A DNA stretch of 64,000 nucleotides from an uncultured bacterium (lineage in GTDB: Bacteria > Fermentibacterota > Fermentibacteria > Fermentibacterales > JCC-6), in assembly GCA_964541235.1 (NCBI GenBank), contig CAZIPI010000002.1, positions 66,965-130,964 of the forward strand, read 5' to 3'. The notes below the pieces were generated by a model. The model was not told the origin of the DNA. It saw only the letters and a program-made list of their open reading frames with translations, and searched no databases. The position numbers were made by a program, and so were the translations under genes. Below, in pieces: positions 1-9,496 of the stretch (position 1 is its first letter; the number at the start of each line of letters is the position of its first letter).

Positions 1-63
1 TGCACCGGTAGGTGAGTTCCAGGACCGCCAGCGAGGGCAGGAACGAGGGGGCCGCGACCCGGT

Positions 64-648
64 TCAAAGGATGCCGAGCAGAGTCCGGAGCCTGTCTGCA
101 TGGTCCCTCAAGGGCAGCCGGGCATCGTTCCACTCCTCATAGCTCAGCTCGCCGCTCATGAACCCCTGAAGGATCATCAGGTCCTGAACGGAGACGCGCG
201 TTCTCACGGTGTCGCCTTCAGGATAAGCTATCACAAGGGTGACTCCCCGGTCCTCAAGGCCGGGATGGCAAGACCCGCAGTAGGTCTCCTCCAGTGTCGC
301 GCTGAACAGGCCGTTGCCCTCCAGCTCGGTTATGATCCTGCGCATACCGGGAAGGTTCTCGTAAACGGCATACCCCTCGGGGTAGCCGTAAAGGGTCCTT
401 TCGCCGCACACCGGGCAGATGTAGTCAATCCTGTCGGGCATGGCCACGGGTTCGTAGCACATGGCGCCCATGACCTGCTCCGGGGCCGGCTCGCGCTCCA
501 GCCTTGCGAGCATCAGCCTCAGCCTGGCCCTGCCGTCCTCCAGGATCCTCATCATCCTCAGCGGGTTCCTGGTTTCCCTGGAGTGCCCCGCGCCCAGGGC
601 CACTCCCGCCGCCAGGACCGCGGCGATGGCAAGAGGCAGCCAGTTCAT
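64..648 (-). CDS. secreted Cys-motif protein, paralog 1 of a tandem family (unknown function)
   Basis: N-terminal signal peptide MNWLPLAIAAVLAAG. Shared motifs with the two neighbours: VMGAMCY, YICPVCGxRT, EGNGxF, C..CHPG, GDTVR, LRTLLG. About 45-50% identity to paralogs 2 and 3 by eye. Confidence 0.6.
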   Translation of the reverse strand: MNWLPLAIAAVLAAGVALGAGHSRETRNPLRMMRILEDGRARLRLMLARLEREPAPEQVMGAMCYEPVAMPDRIDYICPVCGERTLYGYPEGYAVYENLPGMRRIITELEGNGLFSATLEETYCGSCHPGLEDRGVTLVIAYPEGDTVRTRVSVQDLMILQGFMSGELSYEEWNDARLPLRDHADRLRTLLGIL

Positions 649-667
649 GCGCTTTTCCTTTCAGGTT

Positions 668-1261
668 TCATTCCATGCCAAGAATGGTTCTCAGCCTTTC
701 CAGGCCGTTCTTCAGGGCCACCCGCGAATCGTTGTCCGTGGTGTAGGCAAGCCCGTCCCGCAGAAGGCCGTTCAGCATTCGAAGGTCGTCCGGGTTCGCC
801 TGGGTCCTTACGGTGTCGCCTTCTTCGTAAACCAGCACCAGTGAAACGGCGGGGAACTCCAGCCCGGGATGGCACGCAGCGCAGAGGTCCTCCTCCAGGA
901 ACGCCTGGAAATAGCCGTTCCCCTCCAGGGCGGCTGTCATCCTTCGCATCGTGTCCAGCTCCCGCTGAATGAAATGCGCGTGGGGAGACCCGTACAGGGT
1001 CCTTCCGCCGCAGACCGGGCAGATGTACTCGGCGCGCTCCGGGAATGCCGCCGGGGCGTAGCACATGGCTCCCATCACGAACTCCGGCGCCTCTTCAAGC
1101 TCTACCCTTGCCAGAAGGCGGCCTATCCCCGCCCTCCCGGTCCTCATGAGCCTGTCAATGCCGACGTTGCCCTTGCGGGGAGGCACCCTGCCCGACCCGG
1201 TCACGGCCAAGGCGGCCGCCAGGACCAGCAGCGCCACCGGAAGCCAGTTCATGTCTTTCAT
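668..1261 (-). CDS. secreted Cys-motif protein, paralog 2
   Basis: Signal peptide MNWLPVALLVLAAALA. Same conserved Cys motif set (MCY, CPVCG, C..C) and C-terminal LRTILG. Lies 20 nt downstream of paralog 1's start codon. Confidence 0.6.
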   Translation of the reverse strand: MKDMNWLPVALLVLAAALAVTGSGRVPPRKGNVGIDRLMRTGRAGIGRLLARVELEEAPEFVMGAMCYAPAAFPERAEYICPVCGGRTLYGSPHAHFIQRELDTMRRMTAALEGNGYFQAFLEEDLCAACHPGLEFPAVSLVLVYEEGDTVRTQANPDDLRMLNGLLRDGLAYTTDNDSRVALKNGLERLRTILGME

Positions 1262-1944
1262 CTCCCTTTTTCAGGTTGGACACCAAGAAGCGTTCGTAGC
1301 CTGGACAGGCTGCCCTTCAGCGGAAGCCGGGCATCGTAGCTGTCGGTGAAGCTCAGCTCTCCCCGCACCAGCCCCGCCAGAAGCTGAAGGTCGTAAAGAC
1401 CCACGACGGAACTCACCGTATCTCCCCGGGCGTAAACGATGTCCAGCCTGAAACGGGGGGGCTCCGGCGACCCGCCGGCGCACGAGGGGCAGAAGGCCGA
1501 TTCATCCAGCATGGCCAGGAAGTACTGGTTGCCGCCTATCTCCAGCATTGCCCTGCGCATTGCGTCCGCCTCCCTGGCCAGGGTCTCGGCGGTTTCACCG
1601 GCGTACCACGTCCTGCCGCCGCACACCGGACAGATGTACTCGAACCTGTCAGGAGGCGCCGCCGGTCTGTAGCACATGGCGCCCATGACGAAGTCCGGAG
1701 CTTCCTCCCGCTCTATCCTGGCAAGCAGAAGCCTGATGCCCTCCCTGCCGTTGCTTGTGAGGCTTTTCATGGTCTCGGCACCCTTCACCGGATTGCTGCG
1801 GACCCGCCCAAGACCGAAGACGGCTCCGGCCCCCGCCACCACAATGAGCACAATCAACCAGTTCATCCCTTCCTCCCCGGCGCCAGTGGTACACCGGATC
1901 CGCCGCTCCGATTCCGCTGCCGGCTCCGCAGGTGTATTATTCAC
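1258..1944 (-). CDS. secreted Cys-motif protein, paralog 3 (real start probably MNWLIVL at ~1866)
   Basis: Internal MNWLIVLIVVAGAG signal peptide matches the N-termini of paralogs 1 and 2. Same FVMGAMCY...YICPVCGGRT...C..C...LRTLLG motifs. Its stop overlaps the start of paralog 2 by 4 nt. Confidence 0.55.
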   Translation of the reverse strand: MNNTPAEPAAESERRIRCTTGAGEEGMNWLIVLIVVAGAGAVFGLGRVRSNPVKGAETMKSLTSNGREGIRLLLARIEREEAPDFVMGAMCYRPAAPPDRFEYICPVCGGRTWYAGETAETLAREADAMRRAMLEIGGNQYFLAMLDESAFCPSCAGGSPEPPRFRLDIVYARGDTVSSVVGLYDLQLLAGLVRGELSFTDSYDARLPLKGSLSRLRTLLGVQPEKGR

Positions 1945-2816
1945 ACACTTGGATCGGGAGGGAACAGGGGCAAATGAGCGACGACTTCACCGGCGGACTG
2001 ATGGTAAGACCAGCGGAAGAGGCCGACCTGCCCGGCCTCGAGGAGATATCGAGGCTCACCTGGGAGGGGTTCGACTACCTCGACCGGGTGGCGGGCGACT
2101 GGATAGCCGAGGGGAACCTCTTCACAGGCATAGTCCAGGGAAGGGTTGCGGCGTGCGCCCGTTACACAAGGGTGCCGGGCGGCATCCTGTGGCTGGAGGG
2201 GCTCAGGGTTCACCCCGAGTTCCGGGGATTGGGCTACGGAAAGGCCGTGAGCGGGCACGTGCTGTCCATATGCAAGGGGCTGATCCATCGGGGTCTGGCC
2301 CGGGGCATCGAGTTCTCCACCTATTCACTAAACGCTGAGAGCAGGGGGCTCTCCGAGAAACAGGGTTTCAGGGTGGCGGAGTGGTTCCACATCCTTTACA
2401 GGGAGGGGATGCCCGTCTGCGACTGCCGCATCGAGCCGTGCGAACCGGTCCCGGAGGATTTCGGCGTCTTCCCGGACAGGGTCTCCGTGGGATGGAAGTA
2501 CGGCCATTGGAGAGAAGAGGGTTTCATCCAGTGGTTCAACTCCGTGGCGAGGGTGTGGAGAACGGAAACAGGGGCCAGGTTCCTCACCAGCCTAAGGGAC
2601 GACGAGGTCTCACCGCTGGCTTCCGCGTTCCATGACATCGGGGGCTTCTTCAACGGCATCAGGGCCTTTGCCTCCAGGAACGGCAGATCGTACATCGAGC
2701 TGTTCCTTCACGACTCCATGAAGGGGATGCTTGAGGCCGCCAGGGAACACGGCTGGGGTTACTGGGAGAATCCGGACAGTTCCAATGTGCCGGTGTATGA
2801 ATGGGGAGGTGTATGA
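1932..2816 (+). CDS. GNAT family N-acetyltransferase with an extra ~150-aa C-terminal region
   Basis: Acetyl-CoA binding motif LWLEGLRVHPEFRGLGYGKAV. Start uncertain; MVRPAEEADLPGL at ~2001 looks like a typical GNAT N-terminus. Divergent from the paralog triplet. Confidence 0.6.
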   Translation: MYYSHTWIGREQGQMSDDFTGGLMVRPAEEADLPGLEEISRLTWEGFDYLDRVAGDWIAEGNLFTGIVQGRVAACARYTRVPGGILWLEGLRVHPEFRGLGYGKAVSGHVLSICKGLIHRGLARGIEFSTYSLNAESRGLSEKQGFRVAEWFHILYREGMPVCDCRIEPCEPVPEDFGVFPDRVSVGWKYGHWREEGFIQWFNSVARVWRTETGARFLTSLRDDEVSPLASAFHDIGGFFNGIRAFASRNGRSYIELFLHDSMKGMLEAAREHGWGYWENPDSSNVPVYEWGGV

Positions 2817-3307
2817 GAACGCTTGCGACGCTCTGCCTGCTGTGCGTATCGCTTTCAGGGGCAGGCCCTGTGGACGATATCCGCCAGCTCTACTACGGGA
2901 CAGGAGAGGAGATCCAGAGCGGGGCCCTCTACTCCACCGAGGTGAATGTGAACAGCACGGGGGCCTCCTTCCCCGGTGTGGGGGTGTACGGCAGGACAGT
3001 CACCTTCTACTGGGCCGCCGAGCCCTGGGCTTCCCCGGCGTACAGGCTGGTGAAGGCGGTGGTCTCCTCCGAGGTTTCCGCCGTGAGTGAATACGGCGAG
3101 TACCTGTACGACCAGGAGGGGGAGCTGGTTTTCTGCTTCCTTTCCGGCGGTTACGACATGGTGGAGCACAGGTTCTACTTCGATGACGGAAGGCTTGTGA
3201 GGTTCATTGACTCGGGGACCGTGAACGACTCCCCCGGCCAGGCACTGGGTTCCGGGGCGTTCGCAGCGGGAACGGACCTGAAGAGGGCTTTCGACCTGCT
3301 ACACTGA
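2813..3307 (+). CDS. hypothetical secreted protein
   Basis: Signal peptide MRTLATLCLLCVSLSGA. No recognisable domain. The ORF-track start at 2801 overlaps the upstream gene. Confidence 0.45.
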   Translation: MRTLATLCLLCVSLSGAGPVDDIRQLYYGTGEEIQSGALYSTEVNVNSTGASFPGVGVYGRTVTFYWAAEPWASPAYRLVKAVVSSEVSAVSEYGEYLYDQEGELVFCFLSGGYDMVEHRFYFDDGRLVRFIDSGTVNDSPGQALGSGAFAAGTDLKRAFDLLH

Positions 3308-3452
3308 GTTCCGCCACAGCGGGTGCGAGGAGGGTCATCTGGCGATCACCCGGGGCTTCTCAGAGTACGGTGACCTCGTTGACATCCTTGAGGAGGGCAC
3401 AAGGCGCTTCTCGGATGCCAGGGGGCTGGCCTCGGGAACCACCGAGAAGCTC

Positions 3453-6400
3453 ATGGACGGCGAGCGCCGCCGTGTGGTGGTCCTGTTCCTTGACCTTGTG
3501 GGCTTCACCAGGCTGGGCGCATTCCTCGACCATGAGGTCCTGCACCGGGTCACCAGCCGGATAATGGGCCTCCTCTCCGCCGTGGTCCGGTCGTACGGGG
3601 GCTATGTTGACAAGCTCGAGGGCGACAGGATCATGGTCCTTTTCGGTGCCAGGGTTGCCGCGGAGAATGACAGCGCCCGGGCCGTTTCATGTGCGCTGCG
3701 CCTGTTGAGCCTTCTGGACGAGCTGGCCCCTCTTCTCCCTGAGGGGGGACTTCCGGCCAGGGTGGGCATCGCCTCCGGGCCGGTGACAGTGGCGCCGGAT
3801 GCCGGCGGTCATCTGACGGCCATCGGAACGCCTGTGAACCTGGCTTCGAGGCTTGAGGAAACGGCCCCGCCCGGCAGCGTTCTCGTGGACCAGACAGTGA
3901 TGCGGGAATGCGGCGGCCTCTTTCTGTGGCGTGACGAGGGCGCCATGGAAGTAAGGGGCTTTCCCTCTCCGGTCCACGTGTACACGCCCCTGGAACCCAG
4001 CCGGAACGCCCCGGAGAAGTGGCATAGACCGGCGGCGCCTTCCGGCGGGTCCATGGTGGGAAGGGAACGTGAGCTGAACCGTCTCTCGCGGCTTCTCAGC
4101 CGATGCCGGAAGGGCGGGAGCGGACCCGTGCTAGTGCGGATAACGGGTGAGCCGGGCATAGGGAAGTCCAGGCTTCTTCACCAGTTCCTGTCCGAAGCGG
4201 GGGAAGGGGTCAGGGTCCTTCACGGCCATGCCGATCCGTTCGCCCAGCCTCCCCTCCACCTCTGGACAGACCTTTTCAGAAGGCATCTTGCCGGTGATGA
4301 GTGCGGCACCCTGGAAGAATGGGGCGAAAGGCTGGCCTCCATCGCCATGAGCTGCCCGGACAGCGAAACGTCCCATGCCCTCACCAGTGTGGTGCCGCTG
4401 CTCGCCGGCCTTCTCTGCCGCGGGGGCGCGGTGAATCGGGGCGCCGACCCCGGCCGGTCCAGTGCCTTCGCCCTCAAGCTCCTTCTTCAGTCCCTGTGCG
4501 CATTCTCACCAGTTGTGCTGGCACTGGAGGACCTTCACTGGATAGACGAGCCATCGCTGGAAACGCTGCGTATCGTCCTCGCCCGGGCCGATCTGCCCGG
4601 GCCGCTGATGGTGGTCACCACCGAGCGTCCTCCCAGGCTTGAGCTTCCCGACCCCGTTCCGGGGGCGCGGACAATTTCCCTTGAGCCCCTGAGGGATGAA
4701 GACGTGCGCTCCATGGCCGGGAACATCCTGGGAGCCGCCGCAGGCGGCGAAGGGGTGATGGACGAAGCAACGGGAGAGCTTATCGTCAGGGCCGCCCGGG
4801 GTAACCCGTTCTTCGCCGAGGAACTGACCATGGGTCTCATTGATTCAGGGAGCATCAGGGCGGGAGCAGGCGCGACCTGGCGGCTGGCCGTTAGGCCGGA
4901 AGAAATGTCCATCCCGGCTTCGGTCCATGCCCTTGTCCAGACACGGATAGACAGGCTGCCGGAGAGGGAGAGGCGAACACTGCAGTTCGCCTCCGTGCAG
5001 GGAAAGCAGTTCCGGACCGATGTCCTCCAGCTGTCCATGGGTTCCCACCACCCCGGTCTGGACGTTGCCGCTTCGGTGGCCGTACTCGAGGACCTGGGCT
5101 TCCTGAACAGTGATGAGGGGCCGGTTCGTCGGTTCAGGCACGACCTTGTGCAGAGGGCCGCATTCGAGACGCTGCTGCGCCACAACCGAAAGGTCATTCA
5201 CAGAAGCATTGCCATGGCCCTTGAAGCGCTGTTCCCCGGTGCGCAACAGGAAACTGCCATCCAGCTCTACCGGCACTGGGAGGCGGCGGGTGAGCGGGAC
5301 CGGATACTGGAGATGGCTCCCGTGGCGATGCAGGTGGCCGGGGGGGGCGGACAGATCGAGGAGGCGCTTGGAATAGCCGACAGTGTGATAGCCATCACCG
5401 ACGGAGGCGCCGTGGGCAATGACCTAACGGCCAGATTGACGGCACTGGGAACGAAGCAGTCCCTTCTTTCAAGGACGGGCAGGAACCGGGAGGCCCTTCA
5501 GGTGGTTGAAAGGATGTACGCCGACGCCGCCGGGGACCCGGAGTGGGAAGCGGAAGCGCTTAGGGCCATGGCCATAGCGTGCCAGGAGGACGGTCTTGTT
5601 GACCGGGTGGAGCCTCTTCTGAACCAGGCCCTTGAACGGGCACTGAGGGCAGGCGCCGAGGAACTCCAGGGAAGGGTGCTCGGCACCCTGGCCAATCATC
5701 ACAGCGACACGGGGCGGACCGAGACGGCCAGGGAACTCTACCTCAGAGCGATGGAGATCCAGCAAAGGCTGGGCAACCGTACCCAGACCGCGGCGCTGTA
5801 CTCAAACATCGCCAACCTGTACGCCAGGCTGGGGGATCACCGGGCATCCGAGCTGTACTACAGGAATGCGGTTGCGCTTCAGACCGAACTGGGCGACAGG
5901 ATAAGCCTGGGGTACGCCCTGAACGGTCTGGCCATCTGTCTTGCCAGGACCGGCGACCTTGACGGCGCGCGGCAGCACTTTGCCGAGGCCCTGGCTGTCC
6001 ACACCGAGACCGGCAACAGAAGGGAGCAGGCCGCGGTCCTCACCAACCTGGGAACTGTGGCGAGGATGCGGGGCGATCTGCAGACCTCGCTGGAGTACCG
6101 CACCAGGTCGCTGAAGATAGCCGAGGAGACCGGAAGCCTCTCCTCGCAGGCCATCGCCCTTGTGAACATCGGGAACCTGAGAAGGCTGATGGGGCATCCC
6201 GAAGAGACCGCTGGCTACTGCGAAAGGGCCCTGCGCATCAGCACTGAGATAAAGGACAGCATCACCGCCTGCTTCTGCCACAGCATCCAGGGCCTCGCCG
6301 CGCTGGACATGAAGGATGCGAAGCTGGCGGTCGAGCTCCATTCCAGAGCCACGGCGATACTGGATGAACACGGTATCCCGCCTGGAGTGGTTGACGACTA

Positions 6401-6470
6401 TCACGATCTGACGGAGCGGATGGAGTCTTCCGGGCTGGGGCCGGAAAGGCCGTCGGGCTGGAAGGTGTAG
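3453..6470 (+). CDS. class III adenylate/guanylate cyclase domain-STAND/AAA ATPase-TPR repeat protein
   Basis: N-terminal cyclase homology domain (VVLFLDLVGFT, EGDRIMVLFG, VNLASRLE). P-loop ITGEPGIGKSRLL. C-terminal TPR-like repeats (LGNRTQTAALYSNIANLYARLGD...). 1005 aa. Confidence 0.8.
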   Translation: MDGERRRVVVLFLDLVGFTRLGAFLDHEVLHRVTSRIMGLLSAVVRSYGGYVDKLEGDRIMVLFGARVAAENDSARAVSCALRLLSLLDELAPLLPEGGLPARVGIASGPVTVAPDAGGHLTAIGTPVNLASRLEETAPPGSVLVDQTVMRECGGLFLWRDEGAMEVRGFPSPVHVYTPLEPSRNAPEKWHRPAAPSGGSMVGRERELNRLSRLLSRCRKGGSGPVLVRITGEPGIGKSRLLHQFLSEAGEGVRVLHGHADPFAQPPLHLWTDLFRRHLAGDECGTLEEWGERLASIAMSCPDSETSHALTSVVPLLAGLLCRGGAVNRGADPGRSSAFALKLLLQSLCAFSPVVLALEDLHWIDEPSLETLRIVLARADLPGPLMVVTTERPPRLELPDPVPGARTISLEPLRDEDVRSMAGNILGAAAGGEGVMDEATGELIVRAARGNPFFAEELTMGLIDSGSIRAGAGATWRLAVRPEEMSIPASVHALVQTRIDRLPERERRTLQFASVQGKQFRTDVLQLSMGSHHPGLDVAASVAVLEDLGFLNSDEGPVRRFRHDLVQRAAFETLLRHNRKVIHRSIAMALEALFPGAQQETAIQLYRHWEAAGERDRILEMAPVAMQVAGGGGQIEEALGIADSVIAITDGGAVGNDLTARLTALGTKQSLLSRTGRNREALQVVERMYADAAGDPEWEAEALRAMAIACQEDGLVDRVEPLLNQALERALRAGAEELQGRVLGTLANHHSDTGRTETARELYLRAMEIQQRLGNRTQTAALYSNIANLYARLGDHRASELYYRNAVALQTELGDRISLGYALNGLAICLARTGDLDGARQHFAEALAVHTETGNRREQAAVLTNLGTVARMRGDLQTSLEYRTRSLKIAEETGSLSSQAIALVNIGNLRRLMGHPEETAGYCERALRISTEIKDSITACFCHSIQGLAALDMKDAKLAVELHSRATAILDEHGIPPGVVDDYHDLTERMESSGLGPERPSGWKV

Positions 6471-6494
6471 GGGCGCCGGGTTTCCGGCGCCCCC
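6471..6494. terminator. GC hairpin between convergent genes (bidirectional terminator candidate)
   Basis: GGGGCGCCGG-GTTT-CCGGCGCCCC: perfect 10-bp stem with a 4-nt loop, immediately after the cyclase stop and before the stop of the minus-strand gene. Confidence 0.5.
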
Positions 6495-6500
6495 CAGTCA

Positions 6501-7628
6501 TCATCGCTCTATGAGCTCAACGTTGGCCCTGGGGATCACGGCCCTGCCGCCGTTCTCGAACTCCACCTCCAGCACCCTTACCTTCGCTTCGGAGTCAACC
6601 ACCTTCAGTTCAGGGGGCAGGGAGGTGACCGTGCCCAGCCTGCCGAAGTAGGGCGCCCTGATACAGCGAATGAAGCTTCCAACGTCCATGGCTCCGGCCT
6701 GGTGGCCCTGGTCCCGGGTGAACGTCTCAGACTCAGGCAGGGGTATCACCACCTCGGGCCTCATGACCCCGGCCCTTATCTGTGTGGCGCCGTTGACGCT
6801 GGCGGTCATACCCTCCCGGGACTTGAGCAGGTCGAAGGTACCGTGCGCCATTGTCATGCGCCCGAACCCCTCGGTGAGGATAAGGGTTAAGCCCTTCTTC
6901 TCATGGCCCGTGATGGCAACCCCGAGGTCGTAGCCCAGAAGGTCCTTGAGGTCCTTGTCGTCGAACCCGCCTACCACCACGGCCTTCACCCCGGCCGAGA
7001 TGGCCTTTCTCAGAGTGGAGTTGCTGATGTAGCTTCCACCCACGAGGACCTTGCCCGAGCAGTCCGCGGTTATACGGTCCGGCGAGACCTCCTGGTCCGG
7101 AGTGTCAACGATGACCTTCAGTTCACCCCTGACCTCCCCGCCGATGCCGAAGATACCCTGAACGAACGTGCAGTGCGTCCGGACAAGGACCCCCTCGCCG
7201 GGAAGCACCTCGTCCACCACACCTCTCACGTAGGCGTCTATCTGGACCGGTACAGGGGGTTCCCGAAGGACAGCCTGGCCGGTTATCTCGTTGAAGCTCT
7301 CGAAGACACCCTCGATGGGGGAGCGTACGGTGTTCCTGAAGAACTTTCCGAAGAGCCCCCTGGACTGGGCGAGCACGCCCTTCTCCTCTATCCTGTCGCC
7401 TTCCTTCACGTGCAGAAGCTCGTGAATGTCCTGTGAGGGAACCCCAAGGATGTTGGCGATGTTGAGCATCTTCACGTTTCCCGGAAGCTCGGTGCGGGCC
7501 ACCACCGTTCCGGCTTCCACCTTGTCTCCCTTGGCCACCAGGACCTGCCCCTTCAGGGGAAGCCTGCGGGTCTTCAGGATGTCGGCCACCGCCGCGACCC
7601 TCAGCCCCGGAGTGTACGCGAATGCCAT
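6501..7628 (-). CDS. conserved hypothetical protein, partner of the downstream-overlapping ASKHA ATPase
   Basis: 375-aa ORF with no motif I can name. Its ATG overlaps the stop of the 622-aa ORF (TAATG), implying translational coupling. Confidence 0.55.
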   Translation of the reverse strand: MAFAYTPGLRVAAVADILKTRRLPLKGQVLVAKGDKVEAGTVVARTELPGNVKMLNIANILGVPSQDIHELLHVKEGDRIEEKGVLAQSRGLFGKFFRNTVRSPIEGVFESFNEITGQAVLREPPVPVQIDAYVRGVVDEVLPGEGVLVRTHCTFVQGIFGIGGEVRGELKVIVDTPDQEVSPDRITADCSGKVLVGGSYISNSTLRKAISAGVKAVVVGGFDDKDLKDLLGYDLGVAITGHEKKGLTLILTEGFGRMTMAHGTFDLLKSREGMTASVNGATQIRAGVMRPEVVIPLPESETFTRDQGHQAGAMDVGSFIRCIRAPYFGRLGTVTSLPPELKVVDSEAKVRVLEVEFENGGRAVIPRANVELIER

Positions 7629-9496
7629 TACCTGCCCCCTCCCAGGCTGAGGAAACGCTCAGGATAGGTATCCAGGGCGCCCGACCACTTCTGAAGCATC
7701 TCTACCCTTTTCACGTCATCGGCCGGAAGGGTGAAGGGTTTCCTTCCCCTGCCGTCCAGAACAAGGCCCACCACGCCACCCTCAAGGGTGCCTGTCCAGA
7801 CCTTTCCCGGGCCTTCGCCCACATCGAGCCCCTTCGCCGGGACGATCTCGGCCTGCGCCCTGACCCCGGGGCCCAGCGGCACCAGCCTCATCACTCCGCT
7901 CTCAATGTTCTCGACACTGGTGGAGCCGTCGGGCATGGTGAGCCTGACCTCGGCCAACACGCCGGCCTTCTTCATGGGACCCGAGGGGGCCACGCAGTGG
8001 CCGAGCTTGATCAGGCAGTCGTTGTCGAAGACCTCCGTGGCAGCCTGTGGATGAACCTCGCTCAGCACTCCCAGATGGGGCATCATGAAGATGGAGTCAA
8101 CCGCCAGCATGGTCACGCCTTCCGGCAGGAAGCTGTCTATGAGCATGTGGGCGGTCTGGCACCTGCGGGGCGCGTGGCTGAGAACCCCTCCTGAGCCAAT
8201 CAGAAGGTCAAGGGCCATCATGTCGACCAGTGTGGCTCCGGAGGAACTCTGTTCGAAGGCATCCCCTATGGTGCGCTCCTGTGCAACGCCCTTGAGCCCC
8301 ACGGCAAGCTCCCTGTGCTGCACCAGGGCAAGTCTGAGGGCCTCCCGGGCTATGGCCTGCTCGATGATGAGTTCTTCAAGCTCCTGAGGGATGGTCGTGG
8401 GCCGGATCATCTTGTTCCTGATACGGTTCCTCAGGTCGGCCTCGTCCATGTGGAAGGGAACCCATCGCATCACGTTCTCCATGCCGGCGCTGGCCAGGAC
8501 GTTGCTCACGGAGTAGCTCATTCCCAGGTTGGCGCTCACGGTACGGTTGAACACCGGCTGTCCGCCGCTGTCGAAGACACTGAAGACGTCTGTGGTGGCG
8601 CCGCCGATGTCAACTCCCATGACGTGTATGTCCAGCTGCTTCGCAACGGTCTCTATCAGCTTTCCCACGGCGCCCGGGGTGGGCATGATGGGAACGTTCC
8701 GCCACTTCCCGTCTTCGTACAGCCCCGTCCACTCCATGAGCTTGGCGTAACCGGGGGCCTGGGCCATGACGTGCTCCATGAAAAGCTCGTGAATGGTGTC
8801 GCGGGCGGGGCCCAGGTTCTCCTTCTCGAGAACAGGGCGGAGGTTGTCAACGATCTTCAGCTCGGCGGTCTCGCCCAGCTCGTCAGCCACTGCGCCCCTG
8901 GCGTCAACGTTCCCTGCGTAGATCACGGGCAGCTTGTACCCCACGCCGAACCTTGGCTTGGGGTCCGCGGCCTTGATGATCTCGGCCAGCTCCACCACAT
9001 GGTCCAGCGTTCCTCCGTCAATCCCTCCCGAAAGGAGGATCATGTCCGGGCGCAGGCGCCTTATGTCGGCAACCTTCTCGTGGGGCAGCCTTCCGTCGTT
9101 TGAGGCCACCACGTCCATGACTATGGCCCCGGCCCCCAGTGCCGCCCTCTGGGCGCTCTCGCCGGTCATGGACTTCACCACCCCGGCCACAGTCATCTGA
9201 AGCCCGCCGCCGGCGGATGACGTGGAGCAGTAAACGTCCACTCCGCTGCCGTCTTCGGTAACCAGAACACCGTCCTTCCCGGCGTTCAGGAATTTCCTTC
9301 CCTCAAGGTCCTCGATCTCCCCGACCGCGTTGAGAACGCCCTTTGTAACGTCCTCCGCAGGCGCCTCCACGGTTGTCGGTGCCTCACCCCTGCGGATCAG
9401 CCTGAACCGGCCGTCCCGCCATTCGATAAGGATCGATTTCGTGGTGGTACTGCCGCAGTCAGTCGCCAGGATGCTCTTGATCTCCCTCGCGGCCAC
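7628..9496 (-). CDS. ASKHA-fold ATPase, hydantoinase-A / MutL(GlmL)-like
   Basis: Two phosphate-binding motifs typical of the acetate/sugar kinase-Hsp70-actin fold: ILATDCGSTTTKSIL and VMGVDIGGATTDVFSV. 622 aa. The family assignment is from motifs only. Confidence 0.55.
   Translation of the reverse strand: MAAREIKSILATDCGSTTTKSILIEWRDGRFRLIRRGEAPTTVEAPAEDVTKGVLNAVGEIEDLEGRKFLNAGKDGVLVTEDGSGVDVYCSTSSAGGGLQMTVAGVVKSMTGESAQRAALGAGAIVMDVVASNDGRLPHEKVADIRRLRPDMILLSGGIDGGTLDHVVELAEIIKAADPKPRFGVGYKLPVIYAGNVDARGAVADELGETAELKIVDNLRPVLEKENLGPARDTIHELFMEHVMAQAPGYAKLMEWTGLYEDGKWRNVPIMPTPGAVGKLIETVAKQLDIHVMGVDIGGATTDVFSVFDSGGQPVFNRTVSANLGMSYSVSNVLASAGMENVMRWVPFHMDEADLRNRIRNKMIRPTTIPQELEELIIEQAIAREALRLALVQHRELAVGLKGVAQERTIGDAFEQSSSGATLVDMMALDLLIGSGGVLSHAPRRCQTAHMLIDSFLPEGVTMLAVDSIFMMPHLGVLSEVHPQAATEVFDNDCLIKLGHCVAPSGPMKKAGVLAEVRLTMPDGSTSVENIESGVMRLVPLGPGVRAQAEIVPAKGLDVGEGPGKVWTGTLEGGVVGLVLDGRGRKPFTLPADDVKRVEMLQKWSGALDTYPERFLSLGGGR

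Noticed and set aside
8315-9103. 262-aa plus-strand ORF inside the ASKHA ATPase gene, and several other 150-300-aa ORFs antisense to annotated genes (for example 10782..11411, 28975..29787, 36474..37319).
   Set aside because: They are antisense or overlapping confident genes. No motifs. Consistent with the high-GC antisense ORF artefact.
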